Positions 57,290-64,000 of a stretch of DNA of 64,000 bases are shown piece after piece. A model generated the notes under the pieces. The model was not told where the DNA came from. It saw nothing but the letters and a program-made list of their open reading frames with translations, and did no database searches. Source of the stretch: a virus. The position numbers were made by a program, and so were the translations under genes. Location: IMG/VR virus record IMGVR_UViG_3300027756_000004. One strand, 5' to 3'. The number at the start of each line of letters is the position of its first letter. Positions within the stretch are counted from its first letter, which is position 1.

Positions 57290-60200
57290 ATGGCTAAAAA
57301 ACAGTTAAAAAATTTTATATTTGAACCAGGTATCGGCAAAGATGATGGGTTATATCCCAATGCCGCTGCATTAATTTTAGCCAACAAATCATTTTTACAA
57401 CAACAGGTTGTAGCGTTTATCAATTATAATATTGCCAACAACATAGCACCCTATGTGGGTTATACCTATGCTTCACAAAAATGTATCAGAGACGTGGGAT
57501 ATTTTATTGACGCAGTGGTGCATGATATAAGATATGGTGGCAATGTAAAATCACGTCAGGTAGCAGATTATTTTTGGATAGACGGAGAACCTCAGATCCG
57601 AGGTGATGTGTCTCCTGAGACCACTGGGCAGGCCTATCTACGCAATATCATCAATCAATATATTCTCACTAAGATAGCTGTGTCTCCTAGTTATGGCAAC
57701 ACAACACCACAAATATTCCCAGCAGGCATTAGCACAGAAAGTGATGGACCAACTGCCAACACTGCATTGTGGAACATTTTCAGCACAGTGATCACCAATG
57801 GTCCCAGTGCAATACCAGCCAAAGTTCCTGGAGTATCTTCCATTAGACTGGCAGGACAAATTGATGTATCATCCATACTGTTGATTACTGATGTGGATAC
57901 AGGTAATATTCTTTACAGCTTTGCTGATCCTCTCAACACTGTGAGAGTCACTTACAAACAAGGACGCAGCAGCGGTGACGGCAATTTGTTAAGTGATTTG
58001 GATTTTCCTACTTGGTGGCAGGTCAGTGATTCTATCACCACCATAGATTTGAGTGCAGACACCAGCACACTCACAGCTTCAGCTAATATACAATTTTTTG
58101 TGGAAGAAGCCAGCCAACAAATCAGACCTTGGGAATTTGGCACAGATGCTATAGAACGTATGCGTGTGGCATCACCACAGGCCATGTTAGATGCTGACTT
58201 TGAATATGGACTGCAGCCAACCAAATGGCAAGCACTGGGACTTTTGAGAATGTATCCTTCCACCTATGAGATACCTGGCAGTGATTTAACTGTACTCAGT
58301 TGTGTTACTGATGCATCTGTAAACACTGGATTTTTTGGAAGTTCGCTGATCACAGTGACAACCTCAGGTGTACATGGATTTCCTGTAGGGCAACCTATTT
58401 CAGTAAAAGGATTGAACAACACCGTGAACGGATTTGCCAGAGCAGAAGGATCTTTTTTAGTTTACAGTACACCCAGTTCTGTGAGTTTCTCATATTACGC
58501 CAGTGCCAAAGTTGGAACCACTAATGAAGAAAGTTTATTAACTTCTTTCATACAAATACGTCAAGCACAATTTTTCACAGGTGCTTCCATAGGTCAGCCC
58601 AGCTTTTCAGTGTTCACCAACGGCACAGCACTGGCCATAGTCACAGCGCTGGCAGCCACAGCAGGCGCCACTTCATTTGTTTACACAGGCTCAGCTCCTA
58701 CAGTGGGTTCTCCAGTCACAGGACCATCCACAATACCTGTGGGTACCAGCGTGTCAGGCACAGTGGGCGCGGCTTCGGTCACAACCAATGTTTTATTGAA
58801 CACTTTAACCACTGACACTCAAATAAGTTTGACTAACTTGTCAGGCATACAAACAGGCATGGCATTGGATGTGGGTGGTACTGCTTCCACTATCAACACC
58901 ATAGCGGGCAGTCAATTATCTTTGAGCAATCAATTGAACGTGGCCTACAAAGGCAGAAATCACACCAACACTGCTGTGTCAGGTACACTGGTGGCTCCAG
59001 CGGGAGAATATGCAAGGTTTGATGTGTCTCGATCCGCTGGCACATACACATTGACATTGTCTGCTGCTGCATCACCCAACGCAATCAATTATCAAAAAGG
59101 TGATAGATTAAAAATATTAGGCACCAACTTAGGCGGTGCATCTCCTGCCAATGACGTCAACATTTTAGTCACTGCCACAGGCACAGGCAATGACATCGAT
59201 ACATTCACATATTCAGGCACTTCAGTGCTGGGTGGTGCTACTTACAACAATGTAAATCAAACTTCTACTACTGGAACACCCGGAGGAACAGGATTCCAAT
59301 TGAACGTGACCAGAACAGGCGGCACGGGCACATATTCAATCAGCAGCAGCGTGGCTGGACTAAACTACAGCGCAAGCGAACAATTAACATTTTCAGGTGC
59401 CAATTTTGGTGGTGCATCTCCTGCCAATAACATTGTTATCATAGTCAACAGCACCACATCTGACGGTGGAGTATTGACATACACTGTCAGCGGCTCACCT
59501 GTGGGCGCATCAGGCAACGCAACTTACAGTTCAGTTTCTGCAGACAATGTTGCACACCTAGGCAGTGGAGCTGAGTTCAATATTACTAGAAGCAGTGGTG
59601 TGTACACTGCTGCAATCAATAATGGTGGCACAGGATATGAAGAAGGCAATCAGATCACAGTATTAGGCACCAATCTCAATGGTGCAATTGCTAACAACGC
59701 CACAGTGATAATCACTGGCGTCGCAGCTGGAGTCATAAATGCGGTCACTGTGTCAGGAACAGGCTACGGAGGTGATTCAATCACTGTTTATCCTACGATG
59801 TCTATCAGTGAACCCATCACAGGAAACATTCCTTTAGGTACTGCACTGAACGTGGGAGCTATTGCCACTTTCCAAGTAGATTTTCAAGCACCACATGGAT
59901 TAGTGCCAGGAACCACTATATTGAGTCAGGTCACCTCACAACCAGCGCCAGAATTAGCATCAACAGCAAGAACTTTAACAGGTTCAGGAACTTGGGCAGT
60001 GGTTGGCTTTGGTGGTATATTTTCAGCAGTACGCAGTGGAGCCACTGCAACTCAACGTTCAACCAATGGACAACTTTGGGCGGCGGGTGGAGTAATGCCG
60101 TCAGCAGCCAATTGGAGTTCAGTAGCAGCAGGTAAGATTGGGGCCACAACATATTTTGTGGCAGTGTCCAATGGAAGCACCGCTGCTGCTTGGTCAGTCA

Positions 60201-63200
60201 ACAGTGGCACAAGCTGGTCATCAGCCACTCTGCCTAGTGGAGCCAACTGGAGTGCAGTAACTTATGGCGACGGAAAATTTGTGGCAGTGTCCACTGGCAG
60301 CACAGCAGCAGCATACAGTATCGATGGTGGAGCCAACTGGGTGTCTGCTACACTGCCCGCCAGCGCCAACTGGACTGGTGTGTCTGCAGGATTAGTAGGA
60401 ACCTCCATATATTTTATAGCAGTGGCTTCAGGTGGAACCAATGCTGCTTATTCACCAGACGGTGGGGCCACTTGGTTGGCCACAGGAGCACTGCCAGCCA
60501 GTGCAAACTGGAGTGGAATTGCATACGGTAACAACAGGTTTGTAGCCATCAGTACAGGCAGCGCCAACGCAGCATTTTCTATCAACGGCACCACTTGGAC
60601 TCTTAGCACATTACCTTCAAGCAGCACTTGGAACAACATTATTTACGGTGATGATGTATTTTTAATTGCAGCCAAAAGCACAACAGATGCATTAACATCA
60701 TTCACAGGAGAAACAGGATCCTTCACTCCTAGAATTTTAAGCACATCATCCACTTGGGAATCACTGGCTTTCAGTTACTACACAGGTCAAGGATTTGGAA
60801 GATTCGTTCTAACCAATGAAGCCACTACTGCTTTGGAGATTAATCTAACTTCAGCCAATCACCAACTGGGCACAGGGCCACATGTGATATCTGCAGTGCC
60901 TAGTGCTGCTTCCATAAGATTCGTGGCTAGAACCACAGGTATTGTGAACACCACTGACAGTTCTGTTACTGGAATAGTTTATGCCAGACCAGATTCATTT
61001 TTTGTACACAGACCTTTTGATGGTGGAGTGCAGTTAGGCACAGGTAATCCTAGTCATGGAGCACAAGCTATTAGACAGAGCAAAAAATATATCAGATATC
61101 AATCAGGCAAAGGCATCATGTACACCACTGGAGGATTATTTGCTCCCAGTTACAACTTGTCGGGAGCCACATCTAATGGCACAGCAATAAACAGTTTAAT
61201 CACCTTTGTGACAGATGACACAGACCACGGAGTGCAAGCAGGTGCTGTGGTAGAAACCAACGGCTTTGTAAGTTTTGAATACAATGGTGAATTCACTGTG
61301 GAGAGTGTGATAGACGCTCGTAGATTCACTGCTAGATCAGCAGTTGTGCTTAGTGTAACCACAGCACAATTGGGCACTGATTGCAAAATGATTCTCAAAC
61401 GTTGGCATGGTAGTTGTGTGCGCATCGGAGCTTTTGATGAGCAAAATGGAATATTCTATCAATATGATGGATATGAAATGGCAGTGGTACGCAGAAGCAG
61501 CACCAATCAATTGACTGGAGTTGTGGCTTGCAATGTGGACAGCAATTCAGTAGCTGGCACAGGCACAAGATTCCAAGATCAATTAAAAGTTGGAGATAAA
61601 ATTGTTATCAGAGGTATGAGTCATTTAGTCACACAGATTAATAGCCAGACACAGATGTTTGTGACTCCAGACTGGCGAGGTGCCAACAATATCACAGGAG
61701 CCAGAGTATGTATTACCGAAGAATTATATATTCCTTCAAGTCAATGGAATTTAGACAAATTAGATGGCACAGGACCCAGCGGATATGACATATTGCCATG
61801 GCGCATGCAGATGTTGGGTATGCAGTATTCATGGTATGCAGCAGGATTTATTGAATGGATGTTGCGAGGCGCTGATGGTAAATTTGTATTCTTACACAAG
61901 ATAAGAAATTCCAATACCAACACTGAAGCTTACATGCGTACTGCAAACCTTCCTGTGAGATATGAAGTAGAAAATCGCACAGCAATATCTAAATTATACA
62001 CAGCAATCAATGAATCAGTCACCACTGTAGAACTATTTGATGCCACTAGATTTCCAACCAATGGAGTGATTTATGTGGACAATGAATTGATATCTTACAA
62101 TGGAAAATCAGGTCGAACTTTGACAGGTTGTACCAGAGCAGCCACGTTCAGCTCATTCACAGCAGGTATTAACAGGGTTTACTCAGCTGGATTTGCTACA
62201 TCTCATTTAGTTAATGCTGGGGTCACGTTGATCAGTTGCACAGCCACTCCTACCATCAGTCACTGGGGATCAGCGCTGTTGACAGACGGTATGTTTGATG
62301 AAGACCGAGGATACATTTTTAACTATGCTGCCACAGGTTTGAGTGTGAGCACTGCCAAACAAACAGCGTTCATGATCAGATTGGCTCCTTCAGTTTCCAA
62401 CGCACTGGTGGGAGATTTGGGTGAGCGAGATTTATTGAACAGAGCACAATTGCTGTTGAATGAAGTGGCAATTACCACAGACACAGGTTCAGGCACGGTG
62501 GTAATCGAAGGAGTATTGAATCCAAGAAATTATCCTGCCAATCCTTCCAACATCACATGGACTGGCTTGGCCAGTTCTGCAGCAGGAGGGCAGCCCAGTT
62601 TTGCACAGATAGCATTGGGAGGTTCTATTAACTGGGGAGGCATACCAGGCACCACAACCACTGCCACCATACAAGGAGCATTAACTACCACCATCAATGC
62701 TGTAGGATTCACCACAGTCACACAAAACTTAACAGCCATTGCCAACTCTGGATTTAGAACGCGAGCGTTTCAAACCACCAATAATGATTTTTTCATCACC
62801 AATGCGGCATATGATGCTATCACTGCTACTCCATTAAGAGTAGGGGATAGAATAGTGGTGGGCACTTTTGTCACTGCTGGACAAAGCATATCCACCATCA
62901 CTCGTGCTTATTTGGGATCTGGCTACACCAGAATTGTGATGAGCTCAAACGCCAATGCAACCAGTGCAGTTTCCACCAACGTCACTACACCAGTGCAAAA
63001 CAGTATTTCAATAAATTATGCATCCTCAGTAGTGAACGGTAGACAAGATTTCTTAATTACTGACGCTGAAAACACTGCGCAAAATCTTGCACTAGGAGAT
63101 ACATTATCCGCAGCGTCATATATTGTGGTCAGTCAGACCATTGCCAATTTAACTCCTTCTTATGCCAGAGTAAATGGAGTGAATTACACCAGAATAGTGA

Positions 63201-63730
63201 TGAATACATCTGCTAATGCCACAATAGCAGTGAACACTAATCTTGCTGTGACTGTGACTGCATCAGGCACTGGAGCCAATTACACAGGTAACTTTTTATT
63301 CTTTACTCAAGCCAGTTGGAACAACTCAGGAGCTGCCAATGGCACCAGGGTGGCCACTTCATACACTCAATTTCCAGCCAACACTTCTGTGAGTGCTGTG
63401 ACCACTAGAAGATTAGGCACAGTGACAACCATTAGAGCCACGTTCACACAAACTTTGACCACATCGGTGTCAGCATCCACTAGTATAACTTTACAATTTG
63501 GTGATCCGCAGTTTGCACTGCCAGGTGAACAGGTGTTTGCGTTCTTGTGTCAACCAGGATCATTGAACACATTAAGTTTAGCTGAATTAAAAGAATTAAC
63601 CACCACTGCCATAGGTGGCAGAGGCACATTCCCCAATGGTCCAGACGTGTTGGCTATCAATGTCTACAAGATATCAGGCGGAGCAGTGAATGGATCTATT
63701 GTGCTACGTTGGGGTGAGGCTCAGGCGTAA
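57290..63730 (+). CDS. Giant virion structural protein (2146 aa) with beta-propeller-like repeats
   Basis: Repeated LP.SANW..V.YG...FVAV..GST.AAYS.DGG.W blades (~59990-60800); G.NLGGASPAN repeats; RPFDGGV.L...RQSKKYIRYQSGKG and MRTANLPVRYEV motifs; GTAAATA at 57256-57262. Confidence 0.8.
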   Translation: MAKKQLKNFIFEPGIGKDDGLYPNAAALILANKSFLQQQVVAFINYNIANNIAPYVGYTYASQKCIRDVGYFIDAVVHDIRYGGNVKSRQVADYFWIDGEPQIRGDVSPETTGQAYLRNIINQYILTKIAVSPSYGNTTPQIFPAGISTESDGPTANTALWNIFSTVITNGPSAIPAKVPGVSSIRLAGQIDVSSILLITDVDTGNILYSFADPLNTVRVTYKQGRSSGDGNLLSDLDFPTWWQVSDSITTIDLSADTSTLTASANIQFFVEEASQQIRPWEFGTDAIERMRVASPQAMLDADFEYGLQPTKWQALGLLRMYPSTYEIPGSDLTVLSCVTDASVNTGFFGSSLITVTTSGVHGFPVGQPISVKGLNNTVNGFARAEGSFLVYSTPSSVSFSYYASAKVGTTNEESLLTSFIQIRQAQFFTGASIGQPSFSVFTNGTALAIVTALAATAGATSFVYTGSAPTVGSPVTGPSTIPVGTSVSGTVGAASVTTNVLLNTLTTDTQISLTNLSGIQTGMALDVGGTASTINTIAGSQLSLSNQLNVAYKGRNHTNTAVSGTLVAPAGEYARFDVSRSAGTYTLTLSAAASPNAINYQKGDRLKILGTNLGGASPANDVNILVTATGTGNDIDTFTYSGTSVLGGATYNNVNQTSTTGTPGGTGFQLNVTRTGGTGTYSISSSVAGLNYSASEQLTFSGANFGGASPANNIVIIVNSTTSDGGVLTYTVSGSPVGASGNATYSSVSADNVAHLGSGAEFNITRSSGVYTAAINNGGTGYEEGNQITVLGTNLNGAIANNATVIITGVAAGVINAVTVSGTGYGGDSITVYPTMSISEPITGNIPLGTALNVGAIATFQVDFQAPHGLVPGTTILSQVTSQPAPELASTARTLTGSGTWAVVGFGGIFSAVRSGATATQRSTNGQLWAAGGVMPSAANWSSVAAGKIGATTYFVAVSNGSTAAAWSVNSGTSWSSATLPSGANWSAVTYGDGKFVAVSTGSTAAAYSIDGGANWVSATLPASANWTGVSAGLVGTSIYFIAVASGGTNAAYSPDGGATWLATGALPASANWSGIAYGNNRFVAISTGSANAAFSINGTTWTLSTLPSSSTWNNIIYGDDVFLIAAKSTTDALTSFTGETGSFTPRILSTSSTWESLAFSYYTGQGFGRFVLTNEATTALEINLTSANHQLGTGPHVISAVPSAASIRFVARTTGIVNTTDSSVTGIVYARPDSFFVHRPFDGGVQLGTGNPSHGAQAIRQSKKYIRYQSGKGIMYTTGGLFAPSYNLSGATSNGTAINSLITFVTDDTDHGVQAGAVVETNGFVSFEYNGEFTVESVIDARRFTARSAVVLSVTTAQLGTDCKMILKRWHGSCVRIGAFDEQNGIFYQYDGYEMAVVRRSSTNQLTGVVACNVDSNSVAGTGTRFQDQLKVGDKIVIRGMSHLVTQINSQTQMFVTPDWRGANNITGARVCITEELYIPSSQWNLDKLDGTGPSGYDILPWRMQMLGMQYSWYAAGFIEWMLRGADGKFVFLHKIRNSNTNTEAYMRTANLPVRYEVENRTAISKLYTAINESVTTVELFDATRFPTNGVIYVDNELISYNGKSGRTLTGCTRAATFSSFTAGINRVYSAGFATSHLVNAGVTLISCTATPTISHWGSALLTDGMFDEDRGYIFNYAATGLSVSTAKQTAFMIRLAPSVSNALVGDLGERDLLNRAQLLLNEVAITTDTGSGTVVIEGVLNPRNYPANPSNITWTGLASSAAGGQPSFAQIALGGSINWGGIPGTTTTATIQGALTTTINAVGFTTVTQNLTAIANSGFRTRAFQTTNNDFFITNAAYDAITATPLRVGDRIVVGTFVTAGQSISTITRAYLGSGYTRIVMSSNANATSAVSTNVTTPVQNSISINYASSVVNGRQDFLITDAENTAQNLALGDTLSAASYIVVSQTIANLTPSYARVNGVNYTRIVMNTSANATIAVNTNLAVTVTASGTGANYTGNFLFFTQASWNNSGAANGTRVATSYTQFPANTSVSAVTTRRLGTVTTIRATFTQTLTTSVSASTSITLQFGDPQFALPGEQVFAFLCQPGSLNTLSLAELKELTTTAIGGRGTFPNGPDVLAINVYKISGGAVNGSIVLRWGEAQA

Positions 63731-64000
63731 TAACTTTTTGGCTGTCTCCAGGTACTATCCTATAATTGTCTTCCACACTGTCAGCGGTGCTAACTTCAGT
63801 GATAGAACTGTTGTCTACTAGTGCTTCCAGTTGATGAGGCTGCAATGGTGGATTTCTCCAAACCTGTCCTTCTGACAATTCTTTTTGATAAATCTTAGCA
63901 TCTTTGCAGTCTATCCAACGCACTAGAAATTTTCCATTGTTTACAAACCACGACTCATCCTTGATCTTGTGAAAATGCAAAGAACACTTATTACCTGCTT
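63696..64000 (-). CDS. Cupin-fold protein (mannose-6-phosphate isomerase/ManC-like), 5' truncated
   Basis: Frame reads AGNKCSLHFHKIKDESWFV...NPPLQPHQL......ITEVST.D..EDNYRI.PGDSQ (H.H...E and P...H cupin motifs); 3' end overlaps the convergent giant gene by 35 bp. Confidence 0.8.
   Translation of the reverse strand, partial: AGNKCSLHFHKIKDESWFVNNGKFLVRWIDCKDAKIYQKELSEGQVWRNPPLQPHQLEALVDNSSITEVSTADSVEDNYRIVPGDSQKVITPEPHPNVAQ

Noticed and set aside
24000-63730. Diversity-generating retroelement or invertase shufflon acting on fibre genes
   Set aside because: No reverse transcriptase, recombinase, inverted cassettes or adenine-specific TR/VR pair seen; shared patches are short and in-frame between paralogs
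1-64000. CRISPR arrays, tRNAs, rRNAs, IS elements
   Set aside because: No regularly spaced repeat-spacer arrays, no cloverleaf/T-loop signature in intergenic gaps and no transposase ORF detected by eye
1-64000. Stop-codon reassignment
   Set aside because: Genes up to 2146 aa are intact in the standard code and TAA, TAG and TGA are all used as terminators

Overview
A 64-kb piece of a large, AT-rich T4-like (distant Tevenvirinae/Kyanoviridae-style) myovirus genome, covering most of the virion morphogenesis region. From left to right: (i) a minus-strand baseplate operon (gp25, PAAR, a low-complexity ORF, gp5-like spike, hub protein, gp53/LysM-like, tube-initiator-like); (ii) gp55 late sigma factor, gp47/gp46 (Mre11/Rad50-like) and a free-standing GIY-YIG gene flanked by dense hairpin arrays, including a ~360-nt candidate structured RNA or origin; (iii) a HemD-like gene, a gp26-like gene with an apparent programmed -1 frameshift into a small downstream ORF, and a divergent tape-measure gene; (iv) the head module (portal, prohead core, protease, scaffold, major capsid) with a DUF115/Maf-like insert, followed by a zinc-type hemB with its own sigma70 promoter; (v) about 40 kb of paralogous fibre/appendage proteins up to 2146 aa. 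This last block includes three ~9-10% cysteine paralogs, a fibre chaperone and a glycosyltransferase-carbamoyltransferase-glycosyltransferase cassette. The most notable signals are the dispersed tetrapyrrole genes (hemB and hemD), the Cys-rich plus GT/carbamoyltransferase module, the GIY-YIG-linked structured region, the -1 frameshift, leaderless TAAATA-N5-ATG late genes, a structured leader at ~30.0-30.15 kb and strong CpG depletion. All family assignments come from motif recognition by eye; no database searches or folding programs were run.
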